A DNA stretch of 64,000 nucleotides, taken from IMG/VR virus record IMGVR_UViG_3300049216_000067. One strand, given 5' to 3'. The notes beneath the pieces were generated by a model, which saw only the letters and a list, made by a program, of their open reading frames with translations, was not told where the DNA came from and did no database searches. A program made the translations under genes and the position numbers. Source of the DNA: a virus. Below, in pieces: positions 9,729-19,119 of the stretch (position 1 is its first letter; each line of letters begins with the position of its first letter).

Positions 9729-11051
9729 TTAGTCGTCATCTCCAGTATCAACATCATTATCCATATCATTCACGCTGTCAACTATTCTCTTAACAATATC
9801 GTCTAACAAATCATGCTTAGCATTAATAATATCACCGGCTCTCACAACAACATTTTGTCCCATGACAGTTACGGTGCGGTCACCTGTCTTAGGGTCTGGC
9901 TTACTAACAGCTACAGCAACTTTATGCTTAGAAACGACTGAAGCGATGTTTCTTGCATCAGCAAACACAACCAGGCCCGTAGGGTTCTGTAAATTGGACT
10001 GTGCGGTCGCAGAGGCTGCTTTTGCTCCTGCTGCCTGTGCTGCTGCCTGTGCTGCCTTACGCTTGGCTACGAGGTCATTAGACGCATTGGATACGTCGTC
10101 AGGCAGTGGTTTAACATCAGCTTCACCAGGCTCAACAATCTTCTTGTCCAAATCTGGATCGATCTTGCTATAGAAATCCATAAAAGCTGTCTTGATTTCT
10201 TCGTCAAAACGATTCAGACACAATTCGATTGCCTTGCGACGATTCCTAAAGATTGAATATGCCTTGACAATGTGAACCAAACGACGAGTTGTGATCACTT
10301 CGTCGGTAGCACCTTGCTTGTATGATTGTCTTAATAGTTCTGCCCATTTCACGAGATTAGCAGAAAACTTGGCCGTATTCATACCAGGAGTAGTTTCCAA
10401 TGAATTGAACATGTTATTAAGAATCACACGTTCAGTCTTTTCAGACGGATAGTCTTGTTCGACAGTAATAGCAAAACGTTCAAGGAACGCCTCATTCAAA
10501 ACGTTGGCACCAATGAATTTGCCATCGTTTGAACCCTTACCTTTGGTGTTGGCAGTCGCCATGACATTGAAACCAGGTGCTGGTGGAATGAACTCACCAC
10601 GCTTCTTGTTAAAATAGCCGACACCCTCAAGGATCGGCTGTAGGCAAAGCAATCGCTCGCTGCCCAAATCGACTTCGTCTAGCAATAGGAGAGCGCCCCT
10701 GCGAAGGGCAACCAACACAGGACCGTCGCGCCATACCGTATTACCCTCGATCAGTTCATAGGCACCAATCAAGTCGAATTCGTCTGTCTCTTTTGTGATG
10801 TTGACACGGATGTACTCGCGCTTAGCCTGAGCACATGCTTGTTCGACCATCTTTGTCTTGCCATTACCAGACAAGCCGGTGATGTAGACACTGTAGAAAA
10901 TCTTCTTCTCAATGATGCTTTTAAGGTCATTGAAGAAGCCAAATGGAACATAGAGAGGATCGATTTCCGGAATGAAATCATCTTCCAAAGTCTTGGTCGC
11001 ATGACCTTTTGCTTCAGACTCAATTTCTAATGCTTCCACTTTTTTCTCCAT
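9729..11051 (-). CDS. cobS: CobS-like MoxR AAA+ ATPase with C-terminal extension
   Basis: GLSGNGKT, LLLDEVD, TANTKGKGSNDGKFIGANVLNEAFLERF, ITTRRLVHI. Confidence 0.9.
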   Translation of the reverse strand: MEKKVEALEIESEAKGHATKTLEDDFIPEIDPLYVPFGFFNDLKSIIEKKIFYSVYITGLSGNGKTKMVEQACAQAKREYIRVNITKETDEFDLIGAYELIEGNTVWRDGPVLVALRRGALLLLDEVDLGSERLLCLQPILEGVGYFNKKRGEFIPPAPGFNVMATANTKGKGSNDGKFIGANVLNEAFLERFAITVEQDYPSEKTERVILNNMFNSLETTPGMNTAKFSANLVKWAELLRQSYKQGATDEVITTRRLVHIVKAYSIFRNRRKAIELCLNRFDEEIKTAFMDFYSKIDPDLDKKIVEPGEADVKPLPDDVSNASNDLVAKRKAAQAAAQAAGAKAASATAQSNLQNPTGLVVFADARNIASVVSKHKVAVAVSKPDPKTGDRTVTVMGQNVVVRAGDIINAKHDLLDDIVKRIVDSVNDMDNDVDTGDDD

Positions 11052-11098
11052 AATATAATTGACCTTATGAGTGTATCACAATTCTTAAGAATGTAAAC

Positions 11099-13477
11099 CT
11101 ATTCTGCAATATCTGCTGCAAATTCTTTAATAATCATCTTTGAATTCATTTTCCTTTTCTGATGATCAATGAAATTCTTACCCATATCAGCGGCAGAATA
11201 ACCAGGATAGTAGCCCATATCACCGCGATAAGTCATCGTCTCAGTGTTAACATAATAATAGTTATCATAACCAAGGTTAGGTACTGAAATGTAGCCATTG
11301 GCATCCAAAAACTTACTATGCTCAGTAATATTTTTCTTCAGATCAACATTGCCTATTAGCCTCTGTCGAATATGACTATATGTGGCGAAATAATAACCAA
11401 TGTGACGGCAATTGGTGGTCTCTGCAACAAGTCTGGTAAGTGCTGTCTGGTAAGACAGTATGTTCTTGTTGTCGGTTAGCACGCCAATCTTAGAATTGAA
11501 ATCTCTGACACCAATACGAGTCTTGGTGAGTTCATCGTAAGGAACAGAAGAATAATTCTCACCATTGCGAATGTCACCATAGCCATCACCATCGGACAAA
11601 TAAATCACATTGGTGATATCAACGTGATGTTTATTCTTAAACTCATCAATGATGTACTTAGATGCCACCAAGGTCTCGTTAAACGGTGTACCACCTAGTT
11701 CAAAACCACAAGCTGTTATGTTTCCCTGATAGGTAGGTTCATTAAAGCATGCGCTAGATTGTGGATCACGATCACGATGATTACTAATCTGTGCAATGAC
11801 ATTGAGCATTGTAAATGCTTTCTTGTACGCATTACCGCTAAGGCTAGAAGAAATCAAATGTCTCAAATTGAAATGACTATCACCAAAAGTGAATCCACCA
11901 TTGACAGGTGTAAACATCATTTTAGAGTTCACACCAAAATTGTAGCTATGTATATCACCAAAGCCGTATACGTCGAACGGGATACCAATACGACGACAGA
12001 AAGTGCAAAGAATCAACACTTGTTCAAGAATTTCACGGACAAGCATTGACATAGATCCACTAAAATCTAAAAACATGATCATGCCGTGAGACTTACCCTT
12101 AGTAATAGTGGTCACCTTGCGAAACACATCCATCGTCAACTTGTAGCGAGACAATTTCTTATCGTCCAATTCACCAGTCTTAGCAGTCAATTGGCGAGCG
12201 TATTGATTGGCATTCTTACGCATCTCGAATTCTTTCACGAGCATCCCAATGAAACCTTTGTTGCGCTTATGGAAAGCCGCATTGAGGCCACTGGATACTT
12301 CAGAGTAGTTCATCGGTGCTTTAACATTAGTCAGTCCGCGCGGATTACTGTTTTGGAACTGAGCAACAATAGAGGTTTCATACTTACCGACAACCATCTT
12401 ATGAGGGACAATAATCGTCTTGAGATTCGCCTTAGGAATATCAAGGTATAGGATGCCCTCGCCATGTTCATTAACTAGATCTTTTTCCTGTTCACGAAAA
12501 AAATCGTCAGTCTCAGACGTAGGTTCTTCGTTTATCTCATCTTCATTTTTACCGGCATTCTTACCACCAGGTTTTTGATTATCATTCTCTTCAGATTCAT
12601 CATCAGATTCTGATTCACCTTCTCCATCCTCAGAGTCACCGTCAGAATCGTCTGATTCATCGGTGCCATCACCTGAGCCACTATCGTTTTCATCAGAATC
12701 GTCAGAGTCTCCAGACTCATTGTCCTCAGAGTCACCATCCTCAGAATCATCGTCACCTTCATCTTTAAATTTATCTTTGGACTTCTCTTTAGACTTTTCG
12801 GACTTATCTTTTTTTGACTTGTCCTTTTCGCCTTTGTTATCGTTCTTGTTCTTCGTCTTCTCAGGTTCTTTGAATTTGGCATAGTCATAGATATCACGAG
12901 CAAGCTGAGCAGCTTCTTCAAAGGTTTCAATGTTCTCAGCACGGTCAACAAATACCTTTTCTTCTTTGTCGAAAGAAATATGTAGATGGGCACCAACTTT
13001 GAAAAATAGATTGATACGGTCGATCAAGCGCAAGCTTGAGTAGTCACCTTTAAGCCTAGAAACTCCGAAAAAGTCGCGTTCATGGAGTGACTTGTAGGCT
13101 TCCGCAAACGGACGACGCAAGCCTGGATACTTACGTTTGATGATTTTCTCGATTCGAGCATCTTCAACGACGTTCAAAAAGCTTTTAATTTTAGGACGAG
13201 ACTTGTCCTTAGCGTCATTGGTGATCGTGTCATGCCAACCCAAAAGCGGCGTGTTGAGTGCATGACTAATTTCATGACCCATAAGCAAATCGTAAATGTT
13301 GCCGTCCATCTCTTGCCAAACGGGACAATGAAGGACACGATTTTTTAAATCAAACTTAGCCGTCTTGATTGGACGGTGACGGACACTGATATTTTCAGTA
13401 GCCATCAACCTGGCTAGGTTGGACTTGTTTTGACTGAGAGTCGGCTTGTCGCGACTTCCAGAATCAAGCTTTTTCAT
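11099..13477 (-). CDS. CobT-like protein: HExxH domain, acidic linker, vWA domain
   Basis: LARLMATENI, GHEISHAL, NVVEDARIEK, D/E-rich linker, FLDFSGSM, GGTP, LSDGDG; adjacent to cobS. Confidence 0.85.
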   Translation of the reverse strand: MKKLDSGSRDKPTLSQNKSNLARLMATENISVRHRPIKTAKFDLKNRVLHCPVWQEMDGNIYDLLMGHEISHALNTPLLGWHDTITNDAKDKSRPKIKSFLNVVEDARIEKIIKRKYPGLRRPFAEAYKSLHERDFFGVSRLKGDYSSLRLIDRINLFFKVGAHLHISFDKEEKVFVDRAENIETFEEAAQLARDIYDYAKFKEPEKTKNKNDNKGEKDKSKKDKSEKSKEKSKDKFKDEGDDDSEDGDSEDNESGDSDDSDENDSGSGDGTDESDDSDGDSEDGEGESESDDESEENDNQKPGGKNAGKNEDEINEEPTSETDDFFREQEKDLVNEHGEGILYLDIPKANLKTIIVPHKMVVGKYETSIVAQFQNSNPRGLTNVKAPMNYSEVSSGLNAAFHKRNKGFIGMLVKEFEMRKNANQYARQLTAKTGELDDKKLSRYKLTMDVFRKVTTITKGKSHGMIMFLDFSGSMSMLVREILEQVLILCTFCRRIGIPFDVYGFGDIHSYNFGVNSKMMFTPVNGGFTFGDSHFNLRHLISSSLSGNAYKKAFTMLNVIAQISNHRDRDPQSSACFNEPTYQGNITACGFELGGTPFNETLVASKYIIDEFKNKHHVDITNVIYLSDGDGYGDIRNGENYSSVPYDELTKTRIGVRDFNSKIGVLTDNKNILSYQTALTRLVAETTNCRHIGYYFATYSHIRQRLIGNVDLKKNITEHSKFLDANGYISVPNLGYDNYYYVNTETMTYRGDMGYYPGYSAADMGKNFIDHQKRKMNSKMIIKEFAADIAE

Positions 13478-14202
13478 TAGCCACCCAATGGCGCTGTGCC
13501 AAGAAGATCAATGTTCATTGACTCATAGCTAGGAATTTCGATCTTGAGATCAGGAATGCTGAGATTGATTTGCTTCTCCAATTCCGCAACACGACGCTCT
13601 TCAATGACTTTTTGCATTGCCTGATTAATGATCTGCTGCTTTGCATGCGCCTGTCGCTGACGTTCCAATTTCTTCAAATTGGTCTTGACCTTGGACTTAG
13701 CTTTGTCAAGCGTGTAACGATCCACTAGACTAGTGTAGACAATGCCGTTCAAATGATCCAACTCATGAAGAAAGGTGCGAGCGGTCAAACCACCAAAGGT
13801 TTCACGATGAATCTTCCCTAACATGTCCTGATATTCAACTTCAATGGTGTCGGGACGATTGATCTTGAGATACATTCCTTTAAAGCTAAGGCAACCTTCT
13901 TCAAAGGAGACCATACCGGTTGTCGAAATAACTTTGGGATTGAAGCAAGCGTACCCTTGACCGTTAGGGGCACCCATAACGAACACACGATGAAGTAGAC
14001 CACACTGAGGTGCGGCCAAACCAACACCACCATGTTGCATCATCGTTCGAATGAGACCAACAGCCAAGCTGGCTGGATTGACAGAAAGAGATTCGAAATT
14101 GAACTCTGGTGTGACCGTATGCAATACATCGTCATATTTGTCTACCAGCGGATAGATCTGGTATTCGACTTCCGTTCCATCTGACATTTTTTCTAAAGGC
14201 AT
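13477..14202 (-). CDS. def: Peptide deformylase
   Basis: GVGLAAPQ, EGCLS, HELDHLNG. Confidence 0.95.
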   Translation of the reverse strand: MPLEKMSDGTEVEYQIYPLVDKYDDVLHTVTPEFNFESLSVNPASLAVGLIRTMMQHGGVGLAAPQCGLLHRVFVMGAPNGQGYACFNPKVISTTGMVSFEEGCLSFKGMYLKINRPDTIEVEYQDMLGKIHRETFGGLTARTFLHELDHLNGIVYTSLVDRYTLDKAKSKVKTNLKKLERQRQAHAKQQIINQAMQKVIEERRVAELEKQINLSIPDLKIEIPSYESMNIDLLGTAPLGG

Positions 14203-15876
14203 TTAGGTCTCCAATTCGACTATTTCTGAAAAATTGTTTCGCTTCTCAAAACGTATAGTGGCATTAAAACGGTCATGAAGCAACTCTCTATGACTTATAA
14301 CAAAGACATTAGTGCCTTCTGGTAAAGTGGCCAAGATTGAAAGTACCAGATCAGCACCCAAACCGTCAAGAGAGCTATCAAAGATTTCGTCCATAATCAA
14401 TAAGTTAGTATTCATGCTATTTTTAAGCTTGGCAACAGCCCTCCAAGCGAACAGTAAAGCAATGTCGATTTTTTGTTTTTCCCCTTCGGAAAAAGAATCA
14501 TATGTAAAATCGTCTCGATGGCGGGATTTGATCGTTTCATTGAATTCTTCATCGAGTTCAAATGAGATGTGAAAATCCATGGCAGAAAGATACTTATTGA
14601 CCAAACTGTTGATTACCGGAAGGTACTGCTTGATGATCTGGGCCTTGATACCACCATCCTTGAGTAGACCGACCGCTGCTTGATAGTAAGCCTGATCTTC
14701 CAGCAATTGATTTCTTTCATTGTTGAAAGCATCCAATTCATCGTGAAGTTTCTTTGCTTGATTCATCATGTCATCGCTTAGCACGTTCTTAGCTTGGAGT
14801 GCAAGAATCTTCTTACCGTTTTTCATGATCAAATCATTGTTTGTCTTTACCTGATATTGTAAGTCATTCTTTTGCTTAAGTAGCTCACCGACATACTGCT
14901 GCTTCTCTTTCATAGCAGTAAATTGTGCCTGGAGTTCTTTCAATCCGGTTTCACGCTTCTCAATATCTTGAAGAAGATTTCTCATGGTGGTTTCACGAAA
15001 ACTTTCACTGATAGACTGCTTACATGATGGACAATTATCATTGACCTGATAGAACTTCAATTCTTTTTTCTTGTCATTGATTTTCGTATCAATCTTCATA
15101 CCCAATGATTGCAATGCTTGTACGTCACCGACACTGGTATTAGCAATGAGTTCATCAACGTTAATAATTTTAGTTGCCAAGTCGGCATTAGCTATTTCTA
15201 GCTTTTTGATTTCATCATTGAAATGATTAATCTCTTCCTGATTGTTCTTTTCGGCCTCTTTCACGTAAGACTCATGCAATGAGATCTTAGACTTAGCATT
15301 GTCGATGTTGTACTTGTTGCTGATTACATCTTCTTTGACTTTAGTAAACTGATCTTTAGCAATCTTGTTCATTGATGAAAATATTTCGATATCCAAAAGA
15401 TTCTCAATAATATTGCGACGATCTGCGCTCTTCAACTTCATGAAAGGAACAAAACTCTTTGATCCAAGGATCACAATTTGAGTGAAAGCCTTGTGATTAA
15501 ATTTCAATATGTTGTTCTCTAAGTGACTCTGGTAGTCGCCACTGATTGCATCCTGTTTCTGTAGTTCGCCGTCAATATAGACTTCAAATATATTCGGTCC
15601 AATACCACGAATAATCTTGAATGACTTGGGACCAATAGAAAATTCAAGTTCTACTTTAAGACCCTTACCATTAATTGAGTTGACAAGATTTGGTTTGTTG
15701 ATATTTCGAAACGGCTTACCAAACAGAGCAAACGTCAACGCATCGAGCAGGGTTGATTTGCCGTGACCATTCTTACCAACGATCAACGTAGTAGCGTTCT
15801 TATTGAGAACCACTTCATTCCAGGCATTGCCTGTTGAAAACAGATTCATCCACCTAATTACTTTAAAGACTACCAT
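14203..15876 (-). CDS. 46: Recombination endonuclease subunit gp46 (Rad50/SbcC-like)
   Basis: GKNGHGKST, CPSC zinc hook, FSEGEK, LIMDE, VISH. Confidence 0.97.
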   Translation of the reverse strand: MVVFKVIRWMNLFSTGNAWNEVVLNKNATTLIVGKNGHGKSTLLDALTFALFGKPFRNINKPNLVNSINGKGLKVELEFSIGPKSFKIIRGIGPNIFEVYIDGELQKQDAISGDYQSHLENNILKFNHKAFTQIVILGSKSFVPFMKLKSADRRNIIENLLDIEIFSSMNKIAKDQFTKVKEDVISNKYNIDNAKSKISLHESYVKEAEKNNQEEINHFNDEIKKLEIANADLATKIINVDELIANTSVGDVQALQSLGMKIDTKINDKKKELKFYQVNDNCPSCKQSISESFRETTMRNLLQDIEKRETGLKELQAQFTAMKEKQQYVGELLKQKNDLQYQVKTNNDLIMKNGKKILALQAKNVLSDDMMNQAKKLHDELDAFNNERNQLLEDQAYYQAAVGLLKDGGIKAQIIKQYLPVINSLVNKYLSAMDFHISFELDEEFNETIKSRHRDDFTYDSFSEGEKQKIDIALLFAWRAVAKLKNSMNTNLLIMDEIFDSSLDGLGADLVLSILATLPEGTNVFVISHRELLHDRFNATIRFEKRNNFSEIVELET

Positions 15877-16921
15877 TCTGTGCCTTGTCGTATATCTGTC
15901 TCATGACAGATTTCATTTTAGTTTTATCCAATGCCATATCGACAGCATCAACATATTTTTCCAATAGGACATGAGTTTGCTCGGCCTGATCGACATTATC
16001 AGTCAACGTCTCCGCGACCTTGTAATCAGTAAAGTCTTCAACAATGTTCAAATCAGCCGGTTCATGTTCATAAAAGTTGTTGATGAATCGATCAAACAAC
16101 ATGTGACTGTTTTTCTTTTTAACGACTACTTTGACATACTTGTCTTTAAATTCAGCATAGTCCTTGGCATCAATCGTATTGATATTTTCATTAGTATCAT
16201 CATAAGCTACTTTGTAGAACATCTTGTGTGGATTCTCTATAAATTCTAATGTCCTCGTTTCCGTATCGAAGATGTGGAAGCCACGCGGATCATCGAAGTC
16301 TGCCCATGTCATTTCGTATGGTGAACCGACATAAAAGATATGTCCATCACTTGAACGGTGATGAAAGTGACCGCTGATGACCATATCATACTTTTTCAGT
16401 TCATCTCTGTTCATACCGTGAATACAAGGAACACCTGCATCCATTTCGAAACCAGTCAATTCAAAATGACCGAAAGCTATCTGAGATCTAGACTCAGCAA
16501 TAAGCTTATTCGTCTCAGCTTGATTATCTGCACAAATCCATGGGAAAAAATCCATACCATCAATAGTTGTCGGTTTATCAATGATGGTAATGTAATTCTT
16601 GTAGTCGGACAACAGCAGCCGTGGGGAATTAATTTGCAGAGTATTCTTGTAGTAACAATCATGATTCCCAATATAGGTAATCATGTGCATATTTTGATCA
16701 TATAAACTATGAAAGAAATACTCGCGGGCGCGATTCAAACTTTGAAAATTAATAAATTTACGACGGTCAAATAAATCACCAGTCTGGATAATATCCCTAA
16801 TACCAAGTTTTACTATAGTTGCAAAGAAAGTTTCTTGATAGAACTTAGCAAAGTTGTCGTGGAAATGCTGGCTATCATTACGACATCCAAAGTGAGTATC
16901 ACCTAAGATTGCATACTTCAT
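15863..16921 (-). CDS. 47: Recombination endonuclease subunit gp47 (Mre11/SbcD-like)
   Basis: GDTHFG, GDLFDRRK, GNHD, GHFE, SGHFH. Confidence 0.97.
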   Translation of the reverse strand: MKYAILGDTHFGCRNDSQHFHDNFAKFYQETFFATIVKLGIRDIIQTGDLFDRRKFINFQSLNRAREYFFHSLYDQNMHMITYIGNHDCYYKNTLQINSPRLLLSDYKNYITIIDKPTTIDGMDFFPWICADNQAETNKLIAESRSQIAFGHFELTGFEMDAGVPCIHGMNRDELKKYDMVISGHFHHRSSDGHIFYVGSPYEMTWADFDDPRGFHIFDTETRTLEFIENPHKMFYKVAYDDTNENINTIDAKDYAEFKDKYVKVVVKKKNSHMLFDRFINNFYEHEPADLNIVEDFTDYKVAETLTDNVDQAEQTHVLLEKYVDAVDMALDKTKMKSVMRQIYDKAQNGSL

Positions 16922-17280
16922 TCTTTAATCTCCAAAATCTTGATGCCTAAATCAGCGCATTGCTTTTTCATGTTGGCAGTACCTGTGCCGCCAGGAAAGG
17001 CAATCAAGAGTTTCAATCCGGACGTTGCCATCTCTTTGTTTCTGAGATGACCAGCTGCCTTACCGTAGGTGTCCCAATCGGCTTTGTAAATCTCATATTG
17101 GTCTGGAGGAAGAGTATCAGCGGCCCAGGTGCGAGCATGTTTGTCAGCACCGCGAGCACAACCCACCACAAGAAACATCTTGTCTTCTAAACGACTATAG
17201 GCCAAGTCTAAAACATGTCTAACCTTGGCTTCGTTGGCGTAGTCTCGACCACCTGTTATTCCAATGCGGATTTTCTTCAT
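16918..17280 (-). CDS. SLOG-family (DUF2493/YspA-like) protein
   Basis: TGGRDY, GCARGAD, ADWDTYGKAAGHLRNKEM, AFPGGTGTANM. Confidence 0.85.
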   Translation of the reverse strand: MKKIRIGITGGRDYANEAKVRHVLDLAYSRLEDKMFLVVGCARGADKHARTWAADTLPPDQYEIYKADWDTYGKAAGHLRNKEMATSGLKLLIAFPGGTGTANMKKQCADLGIKILEIKE

Positions 17281-17287
17281 CCAAACA

Positions 17288-17869
17288 TTATATGCTTAAT
17301 TGAGTAAAAACTCCATAGTAAGCAGTACCATAGCAGCCTTGCTCGGCTAATTTGACGGTAGAACCTTTGGCACCAATCCATTTATTAAGATTAGCTTCTG
17401 TGAGTTCATGAGGATGACCATCATGGGCAGGAATATCGATCCATTCAAATAGTCTTAAAATTGGTGCAGCAGCAAAGGCATTCTTGATGATCTTTTCTGG
17501 ATCGATAGCATGTTGCATGCAGTTGTAGATCCAGACTTCATCATAATGTCTTAAAGCTAAACCGTTTTTAGCGATATCTTCACCTGGCATGATAACCACA
17601 GTGATATTCATAAGCTTGTATCGATCAACCGTCCATTGTGGATAGGCAATCGGATCAACAACCGTTCCACGCTTTAATCCTTTAGTCTTTAACAGCATTG
17701 ACGATGGTCCACCACCGATATCCATGATGATCTTATTATGGACAGGAAAGGAATAGTGTTCACGTTGAAGACCCATGTACTTGGCATACACGTAGTGCTT
17801 CTGGTCTTCATCGAAGGTGTTGCAACAGTTGCCCCAGTAATCTTCTTCGAACTTATAATCTTCACTCAT
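17288..17869 (-). CDS. Class I SAM-dependent methyltransferase-like protein
   Basis: IMDIGGGP motif I, YNCMQH; start taken at MSEDY (17869). Confidence 0.7.
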   Translation of the reverse strand: MSEDYKFEEDYWGNCCNTFDEDQKHYVYAKYMGLQREHYSFPVHNKIIMDIGGGPSSMLLKTKGLKRGTVVDPIAYPQWTVDRYKLMNITVVIMPGEDIAKNGLALRHYDEVWIYNCMQHAIDPEKIIKNAFAAAPILRLFEWIDIPAHDGHPHELTEANLNKWIGAKGSTVKLAEQGCYGTAYYGVFTQLSI

Positions 17870-18476
17870 TGGTTTCTTCAATAGATTCCAGAGATACTTC
17901 ATCTTCCATGGCTATCTCCAATCCCTTTTTCTTTTTAGGAAGCGCCTTCTTGGCTTTAGCACGTTCCTGAGATTCTTCATACTTACCAATGAAGTCAGTG
18001 ATGTTCTCGTATAGCTCAAACTGTTCACCTGGATTGTCTTCATCACTGTATTCGGCATCGTGAAGGACACCGGCTTGCTGTGTAGCTTTGTATTTGATGT
18101 AGAGATGCTTCTTTTCACGTTGGATTCTACGAACAAACGCATAAAAAGTAATTTTAGAAAAGTAAGCAAATGGATACTTGGACTTCTTAGGATCAAAGTT
18201 ATCAAAGTACATAATACAATTTTCAATAGCATCACCAATCATGTCTGCTTTGAAAGTGTATTGACTAAAATTAGGCTTATGTGAAAGATTAATAGCAATC
18301 AATTGAATTTGTTTGCCAATAGAATCAGGAATCTTTGGTTTAGGTAACTTGGCTCTCTTAGCTGCTCGACACTCTTTACGATATTGAGTGATAGCTGCCA
18401 ACATTTCTTTGTTGTTGACATATGGAGTTGTATCTTTGGATGTGGTGCTTAGTTCTGGGATGAACTTGGATGTCAT
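17862..18476 (-). CDS. 55: Late-transcription sigma factor gp55
   Basis: YVNNKEML, LSHKPNFSQYTFKADMIGDAIENC, FDPKKSKYPFAYF, RRIQREKK. Confidence 0.97.
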   Translation of the reverse strand: MTSKFIPELSTTSKDTTPYVNNKEMLAAITQYRKECRAAKRAKLPKPKIPDSIGKQIQLIAINLSHKPNFSQYTFKADMIGDAIENCIMYFDNFDPKKSKYPFAYFSKITFYAFVRRIQREKKHLYIKYKATQQAGVLHDAEYSDEDNPGEQFELYENITDFIGKYEESQERAKAKKALPKKKKGLEIAMEDEVSLESIEETNE

Positions 18477-18584
18477 TATGAAAGACCTTTATTATTTTTA
18501 TTGTGGTCACGAAATTCATAATGAATAGAAACCGTCTAAGTAACTATAATACCTAATAGGATATTAACACTTATATTTCACTGA

Positions 18585-18900
18585 TGGTCATAGGATTAAC
18601 CTAGCAAACTTAATTGCAGTTAATCTCAGGACCAGGAGTGACATTTCACTAGGGTTCTTAGGTACAACCCCCAACCTGCCGACAGGACTACTTAATGGCC
18701 TTCAGAACTCTGACCAACATACTTCGGGTTTCCTGTCTACTTGAGTCCCTAGCGTGTGTGTATGTAACCCTTCTCACGCATGTAAGATCCAGACGAACGG
18801 CTTTCACGGATAATCTGGAAATCTCTCGATCTGCAATCGAGCGTCGTATGGCAAGGTATGTTTGGTTCGATGAACCGGTGCTCAAAGGCTAGTTGTATGC
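18585..18900 (-). ncRNA. Candidate structured RNA / 5' leader of gene 55
   Basis: At least eight nested or adjacent inverted repeats downstream of a sigma70 promoter; no convincing ORF. Confidence 0.5.
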
Positions 18901-18913
18901 TTAATATAAACTT

Positions 18914-18942
18914 ATCTTAACAAACACTTTCTTTAATGTCAA
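18914..18942 (-). promoter_or_regulatory. sigma70-type promoter
   Basis: TTGACA-17 nt-TAAGAT on the minus strand. Confidence 0.7.
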
Positions 18943-19119
18943 TTACTTCTTGACTTGCTGTCTCGTAATGAACGGTGTAATAGCAGTTCCATCCTTGGCC
19001 TTCACTTCGACGTACTGGCCAGGTGTAAGAGTTGCCATGATATGGATTCCGTCCAAAGCCAAAAGTTCAAGAACTTCACCTTGGGTCGATTTGTTTTGTA
19101 TGTAGATTGAGGCTGTCAT
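18943..19119 (-). CDS. Small hypothetical protein (58 aa; not in the ORF track)
   Basis: MTASIYIQNKSTQGEVLELL...; ATGA overlap with the uvsW stop. Confidence 0.6.
   Translation of the reverse strand: MTASIYIQNKSTQGEVLELLALDGIHIMATLTPGQYVEVKAKDGTAITPFITRQQVKK

Noticed and set aside
9729-13477. Cobalamin biosynthesis as a novel auxiliary pathway
   Set aside because: cobS/cobT-like pairs are common in T4-like phages and no cobN or other cob genes are present; a MoxR-vWA chaperone role is more plausible
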